Shown here piece after piece: positions 44,622-53,185 of a stretch of 54,468 nt of DNA (position 1 is its first letter; every line of letters starts with the position of its first letter). The position numbers and the translations under genes are program-made. The stretch spans positions 1-54,468 of the forward strand of contig DATFRD010000350.1 in NCBI GenBank assembly GCA_035263645.1, read 5' to 3'. This DNA comes from Candidatus Dormiibacterota bacterium. Lineage in GTDB: Bacteria; Chloroflexota; Dormibacteria; Dormibacterales; Dormibacteraceae. The notes below the pieces were generated by a model. That model saw only the letters and a list, made by a program, of their open reading frames with translations. It was not told the origin of the DNA and made no database searches.

Positions 44622-46223
44622 ATGGGAGCTGTTCATCGGCTTGGATCCAGCACCCTCACAGGGCTGCTGACTGGTTTGCTGCTGGTCGTGGGCGCGTGCG
44701 CATCCGGCCAGTCAGGCGGCGCGAGCACGACAACGAACCGCACGCTGGTGGTCGACAAGTCGTTCGACCTGAAGACGGCCGACCCGCAGCGTGAGTTCGA
44801 GGTCTCGGGCGGCGTCGTGGCCAAGGGCCTGTACGACACGCTGCTCACCTTCAAGGGTCCCGACGTGACGACCCCGGTGCCGGCCGTGGCCAGCTCGTAC
44901 ACCGCCTCGTCGGACGCCACCACGTACACGTTCAAGCTGCGCAGCGACATCAAGTTCAGCGACGGCACACCGCTCACGTCGGCCGACGTGGCGTTCTCCT
45001 TCAACCGGCTGATCAACATCAAGGGCAACCCGTCCTTCCTGCTCGACGGCGTCACCGTGAGCGCACCCGACAGCTCGACCGTGGTCCTGAAGTCGAAGGA
45101 GCCGAACCCGGCGCTGCCCTTCATCATCCCCAACCCGGCCCTCGGCATCGTGAACTCGAAGGTGGTGAAGGCGCACGGCGGGACCGACCAGCCCGGCGCA
45201 GACAAGGCGGACACCGCCGAACAGTGGCTGGACAGCAACTCGGCGGGATCCGGACCCTACACGCTGAAGTCCTTCAGCACGACTTCGGAAGTGGTCATGA
45301 CGGCGAACCCGAAGTGGTGGGGCCCGAAGCCCGCATTCCAGACGGTCGTCATGCGCAACGTCCAGGCGCCGACGCAGCTGGTCGACATCCAGAAGGGCAA
45401 GGACGAGATCTCGCTCGACCTGTCGCCGGACCAGGCCCACAGCCTGAGCGGCGGTCAGCTCAACGTGGCGTCGACGGCGTCGCCGAACGTGTTCTTCCTC
45501 TTCGCCAACAACAACCCGCAGATCTCGCCGATCACGCCGAACCAGCACTTCCAGAACGCGATCCGGTACGGGCTGGACTACGAGGGCTACAAGCAGATCG
45601 CGGGCTCCGGCGCCATCCAGGCCGCCGGCGTCATCCCCAGCATGTTCCTGGGCGCGCTGCCGTCGTCCGCCGACGTCAAGCAGGACCTGACCAAGGCGAA
45701 GCAGGAGCTGGCCGCCTCCGGCGTCAGCAATCCCACCCTCAACCTGGGCTTCCCCAGCGACTTCACGCTGAACGGCCTCTCCTTCGCCACGCTGGCCCAG
45801 AAGATCAAGTCCGACCTGGCCCAGGTCGGGATCACCGTCAACCTGACGGGCAGCCCGATCGCGACCTCGCTGCAGGAGTATCGCAACGGCACCGAGCAGC
45901 TGGGGCTGTGGGAGTGGGGCCCCGACTATCCGGACCCGAACGACTACCTGGTCTTCCTTCCCGGCCAGCTGGTCGGCAAGCGGGCCGGCTGGGCGGCCGG
46001 GGCCAACCCGACCCTGGAGTCGCTGGGCCAGAAGGCCGGCGCCACAGTGGACAACCAGCAGCGTGCCACGCAGTTCCAGCAGATCCAGACGCAGCTCAAC
46101 CAGGTGGGGCCCTTCTTCCCGCTGCTGCAGCCGGGCCAGGTGGTCGTGTCCACCAGCAACCTGACCCAGACCGACTTCAACCCCACCTGGTGGCTTGACG
46201 TCAGCAAGGTCGGAACGAAGTAG
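44622..46223 (+). CDS. ABC transporter substrate-binding protein, family 5 (peptide/nickel)
   Basis: Lipoprotein-type signal LLLVVGACASGQ. 533 aa with SBP_bac_5-like length and pattern. Confidence 0.92.
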   Translation: MGAVHRLGSSTLTGLLTGLLLVVGACASGQSGGASTTTNRTLVVDKSFDLKTADPQREFEVSGGVVAKGLYDTLLTFKGPDVTTPVPAVASSYTASSDATTYTFKLRSDIKFSDGTPLTSADVAFSFNRLINIKGNPSFLLDGVTVSAPDSSTVVLKSKEPNPALPFIIPNPALGIVNSKVVKAHGGTDQPGADKADTAEQWLDSNSAGSGPYTLKSFSTTSEVVMTANPKWWGPKPAFQTVVMRNVQAPTQLVDIQKGKDEISLDLSPDQAHSLSGGQLNVASTASPNVFFLFANNNPQISPITPNQHFQNAIRYGLDYEGYKQIAGSGAIQAAGVIPSMFLGALPSSADVKQDLTKAKQELAASGVSNPTLNLGFPSDFTLNGLSFATLAQKIKSDLAQVGITVNLTGSPIATSLQEYRNGTEQLGLWEWGPDYPDPNDYLVFLPGQLVGKRAGWAAGANPTLESLGQKAGATVDNQQRATQFQQIQTQLNQVGPFFPLLQPGQVVVSTSNLTQTDFNPTWWLDVSKVGTK

Positions 46224-47286
46224 CCTCCGAACCGGGGCGGGACCGAGGCCAGGCATCGCGGTCCCGCCCTTCCTGAGGTTTCTGGCGCGGCGCCTGGCCG
46301 CGCTCGTGCTCCTGGGGGTGGGCATCACGTTCGTGGCCTTCGTGCTGACGAACGTGGTGCCCGGCGATCCGGCCGCAGCCAACCTGGGCCAGCGCGCGAT
46401 CGCGGACCCGGCGGCCGTCACAGCCTTCCGTGCCAAGTACGGCCTGGACAGGCCGCTGCCCACGCAGTACTTGATCTACCTGGGTCACCTGGTGCAGGGC
46501 GACCTGGGCCAGTCGGAGCAGAGCCACCGGCCGGTGCGCGACGACCTGGCCGAGTTCATACCCGCCACCGCCGAGCTGGCCGTCACCTCGATGCTGATCG
46601 CGCTGGTGCTCGGGATGTCGCTCGGCATCCTGGCAGCCGTCCGGCGCAATCGCCTCACCGACCAGGTCCTGCGGGTGGTGTCGCTCGGCGGCATCTCGAT
46701 GCCGACGTTCTGGCTGGCCCTGGTGGCGCTCTACCTGTTCTTCTTTCGCTTCGGCTGGCTGCCGGGAAGCGGACGGCTCGACCCCGACGTGCTGCCGCCG
46801 CCGCACGTGACCGGTCTCTTCACGGTCGACGCGCTGCTGGCGGGTGACGTCCCGACGTTCGTGAACGCGCTCCAGCACCTGGTCCTCCCGGCCTGTGTCC
46901 TGGCCGCCTACAACGTCGGCCTGCTGACCAGGTTCACGCGGGCCGCGGTCCTGGAGGTCATCAACAACGACTACGTCCGCGCCGCCCGTGCCAAGGGCCT
47001 GCCCGAGGCGACCGTGGTCCTCCGCCACGTGCTCAGGGCCGCCCTGCCGCCGATCGTCACGATCGCGGGCCTGGGCTTCGCGAACGTGATGACCGGGACC
47101 GTCCTGGTCGAGAGCATCTTCGCCTGGCCGGGCATCGGACAGTACGCGTTCCACAGCGCGACCACGCTCGACCTGCCCTCGATCATGGGCGTGAGCCTGT
47201 TCGTCGCCGTCGTCTACATCGCGGTCAACTTCGCGGTCGACGTGCTCTACGGCGCGATCGACCCCCGGATCCGGGCCACGCGGTGA
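46195..47286 (+). CDS. ABC transporter permease (DppB/OppB-like)
   Basis: FLRFLARRLAALVLLGVGITFVAFVL ... NDYVRAARAKGL. The only canonical in-frame start upstream is TTG 46195 (29-nt overlap with the SBP gene); start uncertain. Confidence 0.88.
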   Translation: MTSARSERSSLRTGAGPRPGIAVPPFLRFLARRLAALVLLGVGITFVAFVLTNVVPGDPAAANLGQRAIADPAAVTAFRAKYGLDRPLPTQYLIYLGHLVQGDLGQSEQSHRPVRDDLAEFIPATAELAVTSMLIALVLGMSLGILAAVRRNRLTDQVLRVVSLGGISMPTFWLALVALYLFFFRFGWLPGSGRLDPDVLPPPHVTGLFTVDALLAGDVPTFVNALQHLVLPACVLAAYNVGLLTRFTRAAVLEVINNDYVRAARAKGLPEATVVLRHVLRAALPPIVTIAGLGFANVMTGTVLVESIFAWPGIGQYAFHSATTLDLPSIMGVSLFVAVVYIAVNFAVDVLYGAIDPRIRATR

Positions 47287-48173
47287 GCGCAGCGGCCACC
47301 TCGCTGCTGGCGCGCCTGCGGGCCCGGAGCCCCGGCATGACGGCGCCGGCCTGGCGGCAGCCGCTCGCGCTGGTCGGCCTGACGATCGCGGTCGCCTGGA
47401 CCCTGGTCGCCATCTTCGCGCCGCTGATCGCTCCCGAGAACCCGCTGGCGGAGAGCTCCGCCCTGTTCCAGCCCCCGTCGGCCCAGCACCTGCTCGGCAC
47501 CGACGAGCTCGGGCGCGACCTGCTCAGCCGCGTGCTGTGGGGGGCCCGCCTCTCGCTCCCGCTCGCCCTCTTCCTGGTCTCGGTCGCGCTCACCATCGGC
47601 GGCACGCTGGGCGGCCTGGCGGGCTACTTCGGTGGCTGGGTCGAGGAGATCGTCATGCGGGCCGCGGACCTGGTCTTCGCCTTCCCGACCATCATCCTGG
47701 CCATGGCGGTGACAGCGGCGCTCGGCCCGGGCCTGCGCAACGCCGTGCTGGCCGTGGTGATCGTCTCCTGGCCGTCATACGCGCGGGTCGTGCGCGGGCT
47801 GGTGCTGCAGCTCACGAACTCCGATTTCGTTGCCGCCAGCCGGCTGCTCGGCGTGTCGGCTCGCCGCGCGCTCGTGCGCGAGGTCATGCCCAACGTCGCC
47901 GGACCGGTGCTGGTGCTGGCCACGCTCGACCTGGGAAACGCCGTGCTGCTGCTGGCCGGCCTCTCGTTCCTGGGCCTGGGCGCCCAGCCGCCGACCGCGG
48001 AGTGGGGATCGATGGTCAACACCGGGACGCAGTACTTCGAGCGCTGGTGGCTGGGAACCTTCCCCGGCCTGGCTATCCTCACCGTGGTGCTCGCGTTCAA
48101 CTTCCTCGGCGATAGCCTGCGCGACGCGCTCGACCCGCAGAGCTCGTGGCGGGGCGAGGGCGGCGGCGCATGA
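47283..48173 (+). CDS. ABC transporter permease (DppC/OppC-like)
   Basis: GTGA overlap with the previous stop. HLLGTDELGRDLLSRVLWGAR ... SDFVAASRLLG. Confidence 0.9.
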   Translation: MSAAATSLLARLRARSPGMTAPAWRQPLALVGLTIAVAWTLVAIFAPLIAPENPLAESSALFQPPSAQHLLGTDELGRDLLSRVLWGARLSLPLALFLVSVALTIGGTLGGLAGYFGGWVEEIVMRAADLVFAFPTIILAMAVTAALGPGLRNAVLAVVIVSWPSYARVVRGLVLQLTNSDFVAASRLLGVSARRALVREVMPNVAGPVLVLATLDLGNAVLLLAGLSFLGLGAQPPTAEWGSMVNTGTQYFERWWLGTFPGLAILTVVLAFNFLGDSLRDALDPQSSWRGEGGGA

Positions 48174-49201
48174 CGGTCGCCGTCAGCCCCCTGCTGCGTG
48201 TCGAGGCGCTGAGCGTCCGGCTGCCAACCCGCGGCGGCCTGGTCACGATCGTGGACGGCGTCGACTACCAGGTGGAGTCCGGCCAGGTCTTCGGTCTGGC
48301 AGGCGAGAGCGGCAGCGGCAAGACCGTGTCCGTGCTCGCCCTGCTCGGGCTGCTCCCGGCCGGAGCCGTGCTCGAGGGCCGGGCCGAGCTCCACCGCCAG
48401 GACCTGCTGGCGATGAGCCGCCGCGCCCTGCGCGAGGTCCGCGGCCGGCGGGTAGCGATGGTCTTCCAGGACCCCATGACGTCCCTCCACCCGATGATGA
48501 CGATCGGACGCCAGCTGACCGAGCACGTCCGGTACCACCTCGGTCTCTCCAGTCGGGAGGCGCGCGAGCGCGCCGCGGATCTGCTCGGGCAGGTCCGCAT
48601 CCCGGACCCTCGCGGAGCCCTGACAGCCTACCCGCACCAGTTCAGCGGCGGGATGCGCCAGCGCATCGCCATCGCGATCGCCCTGGCCTGCGAGCCCCAG
48701 CTGCTGATCGCGGACGAGCCGACAACCGCGCTGGACGTCACTGTGCAGGCCGGCATCCTGCGCCTGCTCGACCAGCTCCGGCGCCGGAGCGGCCTGGCCG
48801 TGATCCTGATCACGCACGACCTCGGCGTGCTGTCCGCAATCGCTGACTGCGTCACCGTGATGTACGCCGGACGCGTGGTCGAGTCGGGGCCGACCGCCGA
48901 GCTGATGCGGCGTCCGCGCCACCCGTACACGGCCGGGCTGCTGGCGGCGCTGCCGCACCCCGAAGCCGCCGAGGATACGCCCCTGACCGCCGTCCCAGGC
49001 TCGCCTCCGAGCCCGGCCGCCCGGCCGCTCGGCTGCGCGTTCCATCCGCGGTGCGCGTACGCGGTGGCAACCTGCCGGTCCGAGGTGCCGGCGCTGGTCG
49101 AGATCGAGGACGGCCGCCGGCTGGCCTGTCCCGTGGACCCCCTGCTGCCCCTCCCCCCTCGCGGGGGAGGTGGCCCGCCAGGGCCGGTGGGGGGGATCTG
49201 A
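48170..49201 (+). CDS. peptide ABC transporter ATP-binding protein (OppD/DppD-like)
   Basis: ATGA overlap with the previous stop. Walker A GESGSGKTV, signature FSGGMRQR, Walker B LLIADEPTT. Last ~18 codons and the stop lie in repeat copy 3. Confidence 0.9.
   Translation: MTVAVSPLLRVEALSVRLPTRGGLVTIVDGVDYQVESGQVFGLAGESGSGKTVSVLALLGLLPAGAVLEGRAELHRQDLLAMSRRALREVRGRRVAMVFQDPMTSLHPMMTIGRQLTEHVRYHLGLSSREARERAADLLGQVRIPDPRGALTAYPHQFSGGMRQRIAIAIALACEPQLLIADEPTTALDVTVQAGILRLLDQLRRRSGLAVILITHDLGVLSAIADCVTVMYAGRVVESGPTAELMRRPRHPYTAGLLAALPHPEAAEDTPLTAVPGSPPSPAARPLGCAFHPRCAYAVATCRSEVPALVEIEDGRRLACPVDPLLPLPPRGGGGPPGPVGGI
49147..49195 (+). repeat. G/C-rich REP/MITE-like element, copy 3 (core 49161..49195)
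   Basis: GCCCCTCCCCCC-TC-35-bp core, inside the 3' end of the ATPase ORF. Confidence 0.85.
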
Positions 49202-49223
49202 TCGCACCGGCCCCCTCCCCCAA

Positions 49224-49244
49224 CCCCTCCCGCAAGGGGAGGGG
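49224..49244. terminator. hairpin CCCCTCCC-gcaag-GGGAGGGG between convergent genes
   Basis: 8-bp G/C stem read directly. Same CCCCTCCC/GGGAGGGG theme as the repeat flanks. No T tract. Confidence 0.3.
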
Positions 49245-49270
49245 GGCTGCGTCTTAGCGCCCGCCCCGGG

Positions 49271-50461
49271 TCAGCGGCGGAGGTGGGCCGTCAGCCTGGC
49301 GATGCCCTCGACCAGGTCGGCCTCCGAGCTGGCCAGGCTGATGCGGACGGCGTTGCTGGCGACGCGGCCGAACGCGGTGCCCGGGGCGACCGCCACCTTC
49401 TGCTCGCGCAGCAGGTCGAACGCAAGGGCGCGGGCGTCGGTGCCCGCCGAGCTGACGTCCGCCATGATGTAAAAGGCGCCCTGGGGACGGTTGATCAGCA
49501 GGCCGGCGCCCTCCAGGAGCTCCACGCAGACGTCCCGCCGGCGGCGGTACTCCTGCACCATCGTCCTGACCGGCTCGTCCGACCCGTCCAGCGCAGCCTC
49601 GGCCGCCCGCTGACAGATGGCCGGGACACAGGAGGAGTTCGACTCCAGGATCTTGGTCACGGTGTCCGAGATGGCGCGGTTGGCGACCACGTAGCCGACC
49701 CGCCAGCCCGTCATGGCATAGGTCTTCGAGAAGGTGTAGGCGGAGATGACCCGCCCGTCGGCGCAGAACGAGGCCGGGCTCACGTGCTCCCCCTCCATGA
49801 CGATCTGGTCGTAGCACTCGTCGGAGAGAAGGTACAGGTTGTGGCGCTGCGCGACCTCGGTCAGGCGCTCCAGCAGCGCCCGTGGATACACCGCCCCGGT
49901 CGGGTTGCAGGGGTTGTTCACCACGATCAGCTTCGTCCGCGGCGTGACCAGCCGGTCGATCTGGTCCGGATCGGGCTGGAACCCGGTGGTAGGCGGGCAC
50001 GCGTACGGCACCAGCCTGGCGCCGATCCAGCTCAGCATCAGCCGGTAGTTGGGCCAGGCGGGGTCGGGGACCAGCACGTCGTCGCCCGCCTCGAGGACCG
50101 CGGCGAACGCGGCGGCGATGCCGCCCACGCCCCCGATCGTGCAGTTGATCTCCTCGGTCGTGGCCGGGACCCCGTTGACCCGCGCGAGCTTGGCGACGAG
50201 CCGCTCGCGCAGCGATGGGGTGCCCGCCGTGGCGGTGTACCGGACCTTCCCGGATCGGGCCAGCTCGACCGCCGCCTCGACGATGTGGGACGGCGTCGGG
50301 AAGTCGGGCTCGCCCACTTCCAGGCGGATGCAGCCCGGCATGAGCGCAGCCTCCGAGACGACCTCGCGGATTCCCGAGTGGGCCGCCTCGGCGGGGCCGG
50401 CGGCGATCGGCGGCAGCGTGGAGCTCGCCATCTCGTAATGTGTATTGTATGTGCGGGTCAT
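49271..50461 (-). CDS. pyridoxal phosphate-dependent aminotransferase (class I/II)
   Basis: PLP-lysine motif TFSKTYAMTGWRVGY, NNPCNPTG. Alternative start ATG 50431 (MASSTL) is plausible because codons 1-10 are AT-rich and contain TACAAT. Confidence 0.92.
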   Translation of the reverse strand: MTRTYNTHYEMASSTLPPIAAGPAEAAHSGIREVVSEAALMPGCIRLEVGEPDFPTPSHIVEAAVELARSGKVRYTATAGTPSLRERLVAKLARVNGVPATTEEINCTIGGVGGIAAAFAAVLEAGDDVLVPDPAWPNYRLMLSWIGARLVPYACPPTTGFQPDPDQIDRLVTPRTKLIVVNNPCNPTGAVYPRALLERLTEVAQRHNLYLLSDECYDQIVMEGEHVSPASFCADGRVISAYTFSKTYAMTGWRVGYVVANRAISDTVTKILESNSSCVPAICQRAAEAALDGSDEPVRTMVQEYRRRRDVCVELLEGAGLLINRPQGAFYIMADVSSAGTDARALAFDLLREQKVAVAPGTAFGRVASNAVRISLASSEADLVEGIARLTAHLRR

Positions 50462-50463
50462 TG

Positions 50464-50483
50464 GCGAACGAGTGCTCGTTCGC
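50464..50483. promoter_or_regulatory. perfect 9-bp-arm palindrome GCGAACGAG-tg-CTCGTTCGC
   Basis: Read directly. Lies between the crotonase stop (50518) and the aminotransferase start. Confidence 0.35.
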
Positions 50484-50517
50484 AGCTCGGACAGGCTCGC
50501 TCAGAGGACCGGGGCGT

Positions 50518-51315
50518 CTAACGTCCCGTGAACCGCGGTGGCCGCTTCTCGAAGAACGCCCGCTGGCCCTCCTTGCTGTCGTCGCTCAGCGTGACGAGCG
50601 TGACCTGGCTCTGCAGGAACTCGAGCGCCGCCCTGAGCTCCATGTCCTGCTGGCGGTAGAAGGAATCCCGGCCCAGGCGCATGATGGCCGGCGACTTGAC
50701 CGCCAGCTCGCCGGCCAGGCCGTACGTGACGCCGTCCAGGTCTGCTGGCGTGACGACGCGGTTGACCAGGCCCAGGTCGCGCAGCTGGCCGGCGGTCCAT
50801 CGGCTGCCCAGCATGAGCATCTCGAGCACCGCCTTGCGGGGCAGGTTGCGGGCCAGGATCGCCTGGACCATCATCGGCCAGACGCCGACGTTGATCTCCG
50901 GAGTGCCGAAGGTCGCCGAGTCGACCGCCACCAGCAGGTCGCAGGCGCAGGCGAGCCCGAAGCCGCCGGCCAGCGCGTGTCCGTTGACGCGTCCGACGAC
51001 CGGCTTGCCGAGATCCTCGAGCAGCAGGAAGAGCTCCACGTAGGCGTGCCTGTCGTGGTGCCGCTCGAGCTCCGACGCGTCGGCCTGGAAGGAGCCCAGG
51101 TCAGCGCCGGCGCAGAAGGCCATGTCGCCCGCGCCTGTCATCACTACCACGCGTGTCTTCTCGTCCTCGCGGCACCAGCGGAGCGCGGAGAGCAGGTCGC
51201 GCATCATCGTCGCAGTCAGCGTGTTCCGCCGCTCGGGCCGATCCAGCGTGATCGTGGCAATATGTTCGGCGACATGGCATCGCACCTCGTCCAGCGCCGG
51301 TGGTCGACTCATCAT
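50518..51315 (-). CDS. enoyl-CoA hydratase/isomerase (crotonase) family protein
   Basis: ITLDRPERRNTL, MAFCAGADL, GHALAGGFGLACACD, EGQRAFFEKRPPRF. ATG 51315 or 51312 after GGGGAGGAC. Confidence 0.9.
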   Translation of the reverse strand: MMSRPPALDEVRCHVAEHIATITLDRPERRNTLTATMMRDLLSALRWCREDEKTRVVVMTGAGDMAFCAGADLGSFQADASELERHHDRHAYVELFLLLEDLGKPVVGRVNGHALAGGFGLACACDLLVAVDSATFGTPEINVGVWPMMVQAILARNLPRKAVLEMLMLGSRWTAGQLRDLGLVNRVVTPADLDGVTYGLAGELAVKSPAIMRLGRDSFYRQQDMELRAALEFLQSQVTLVTLSDDSKEGQRAFFEKRPPRFTGR

Positions 51316-51325
51316 GTCCTCCCCT

Positions 51326-51360
51326 GTGCCGGGACACGTTTGACGGCGCGCTCCCGGCAC
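51326..51360. promoter_or_regulatory. 9-bp perfect inverted repeat GTGCCGGGA-N17-TCCCGGCAC (candidate TetR operator)
   Basis: Read directly in the 63-bp divergent spacer between the crotonase and TetR genes. Confidence 0.45.
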
Positions 51361-51378
51361 TCGACAATCTCGACGTAA

Positions 51379-52062
51379 GTGGCAATCGCAAGGCGCCGTC
51401 GCAAGAGCCAGGAGACCACGGCCGAGGCCATCGAGCGCGAGGCCATCGAGCTCTTCTACAAACAGGGCTTCCGGGCCACCTCCCTGCGCCAGATCGCGGA
51501 TCGGGTCGGCATCCAGGTCGGCAGCCTGTACAACCACATCTCGGCGAAGGGCGACCTGCTCTTCCGGATCATGGAGCAGGTCATGCTCGACCTCCTCGAA
51601 GAGCAGCGCGTGGTGGCCGGCATCGACGACGTGGTCGAGCGGATGCGGAGCCTCGTCTACCATCACGTGCGCTTCCACGGCGAGCGGGCCCAGGAGGTCT
51701 TCATCGGCAACAGCGAGCTGCGCAGCCTGGGCCGCGCCCAGCGGGGGCGCATCCTCTCACTTCGGAACGAGTACGAGAAGCTGTTCCAGAAGGAGCTGGA
51801 GGACGGGATGGCGCAGGGCAAGTTCCTGCCGGTGGACGTCAAGATCGTCAGCTACGGTCTCATCGCCATGGCGACCTGGGTCTCGTCCTGGTACTCGCCG
51901 CGGGGGCGACTCTCGCTGGCGGAGATCGCCGACATCTACGCCGGGCTCGCCCTGCGGGGCATCTGGAATCCCGTGGCCGGCTCGCTCGACGAGCACCTGG
52001 CGAAGTGTCGCGATGCCGCCGACCCGGCCGCGGCGCTGGCGGTGGCTCCGCACCCGGGTTGA
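51379..52062 (+). CDS. TetR/AcrR family transcriptional regulator
   Basis: HTH EREAIELFYKQGFRATSLRQIADRVGIQVGSLYNHISAKGDLL. Confidence 0.88.
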   Translation: MAIARRRRKSQETTAEAIEREAIELFYKQGFRATSLRQIADRVGIQVGSLYNHISAKGDLLFRIMEQVMLDLLEEQRVVAGIDDVVERMRSLVYHHVRFHGERAQEVFIGNSELRSLGRAQRGRILSLRNEYEKLFQKELEDGMAQGKFLPVDVKIVSYGLIAMATWVSSWYSPRGRLSLAEIADIYAGLALRGIWNPVAGSLDEHLAKCRDAADPAAALAVAPHPG

Positions 52063-52097
52063 GAGCGGCCCGGCGCGGAGCAGGGTCGCCGCGCCCA

Positions 52098-53126
52098 TCA
52101 CGAGAGCCGCACCATCCTCCCTGATTCCACGCGCCAGAGGCTGACGGGGGCCCCCTCCCGCTCGCCGCCGGGCAGGAACCGGATCCGGCCGCTGACTCCC
52201 ACCACGTCGATCCCGACGACGGCGCTTCGCACCTCGTCCCGCGTCCGGGCGCCTGACTCGAGGGCCGCCGCGATCACGCGGACCGCGTCGTGGCACTCGA
52301 CGCCATAGGAGGGCAGGCCGCCGAACGCGGCGCAGCGACCGGCCAGCGACCGCCCCTCCCCGGAGCTCGCGGCGTCGAAGCCCGCGTAGGTGTGCACGGA
52401 GCCCTCGGCCGCGGCTCCCGCAAGGTGAGGGAACGGGTTGGCCGGGCCGCCCTCGGCGGTCATGATGCGCGCCAGGTGGCCGGCCCGGCGCAGGGCGACC
52501 GTCAGCTTGCTGCCCTCGACCTCGGTCGCGCCCACGTAGACGAGGTCCGCGCCCGCGTTCCGCAGCAGCTCCACGACCCCCGCGAAGTCCTCCTGTCCGA
52601 CGCGCACCGCGAGATGGGCGACCGGCTCGACGTCCAGCTCGCGCGCCCGGTCCGCGAACGCGGCGCCCAGCGGCTGGCCGTAGGCGGTGCCGTCGTGCAC
52701 GACCGCCGGCCGGAAGGACCCCAGCTCGCCGACCGCGAACTCGGCCGCCACGGCAGCCTGGCGCTCGTTGTCTGCACAGAGCCTGAAGAAGGTTGGCCAG
52801 CCCCGCCGGCTGAGCGAGCTGTCGGTGGCCGACTGCGTGAGCTGCGTGAGACCGGCGCGATGGTAGAGCGGGCCCGCGGCCGCGCAGGCACCGCTGTTCT
52901 TGTGCCCCACGACGGCCACCACCCCGCTGTCCGCGACCAGCGTCTTCGCCGCCAGGACCGCCGAAGCGTCGTCGGCCCGGTCGTCGCACGCCACCAGCTC
53001 CAGGTCCAGCCGGGGCGGCGCCAGCTCACTGACCGCGAGACGCACGACCTCGCCCATCGGGACACCCACGATAGCCTGTGGCCCACTCAGCGGGGCCGCG
53101 TAGCCGATCCGCACAGCTGCAGGCAT
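52098..53126 (-). CDS. periplasmic-binding-protein type 1 (LivJ/AmiC-like) ligand-binding protein without signal peptide
   Basis: Starts directly with the mature-domain pattern VRIGYAAPLSGPQAIVGVPMGEVVRLAV. No hydrophobic leader or lipobox, and no adjacent permease or ATPase genes. Confidence 0.8.
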   Translation of the reverse strand: MPAAVRIGYAAPLSGPQAIVGVPMGEVVRLAVSELAPPRLDLELVACDDRADDASAVLAAKTLVADSGVVAVVGHKNSGACAAAGPLYHRAGLTQLTQSATDSSLSRRGWPTFFRLCADNERQAAVAAEFAVGELGSFRPAVVHDGTAYGQPLGAAFADRARELDVEPVAHLAVRVGQEDFAGVVELLRNAGADLVYVGATEVEGSKLTVALRRAGHLARIMTAEGGPANPFPHLAGAAAEGSVHTYAGFDAASSGEGRSLAGRCAAFGGLPSYGVECHDAVRVIAAALESGARTRDEVRSAVVGIDVVGVSGRIRFLPGGEREGAPVSLWRVESGRMVRLS

Positions 53127-53185
53127 ACGGACGTTCGTTTGCCACCCCTCGACAAAGCGCCGGTGAGTCTCATAGTGTACTCGCG

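Noticed and set aside
8209-49195. Possibility that the three identical 35-bp repeats form a CRISPR array
   Set aside because: The copies are about 6.7 kb and 34 kb apart and are separated by ordinary genes. No regular spacing and no cas genes are present. They fit a dispersed REP/MITE-like family instead.
44712-49207. 583-aa and 527-aa minus-strand ORFs antisense to the peptide ABC operon
   Set aside because: These are shadow ORFs with no motifs and Arg/Gly/Asp/His-rich composition.
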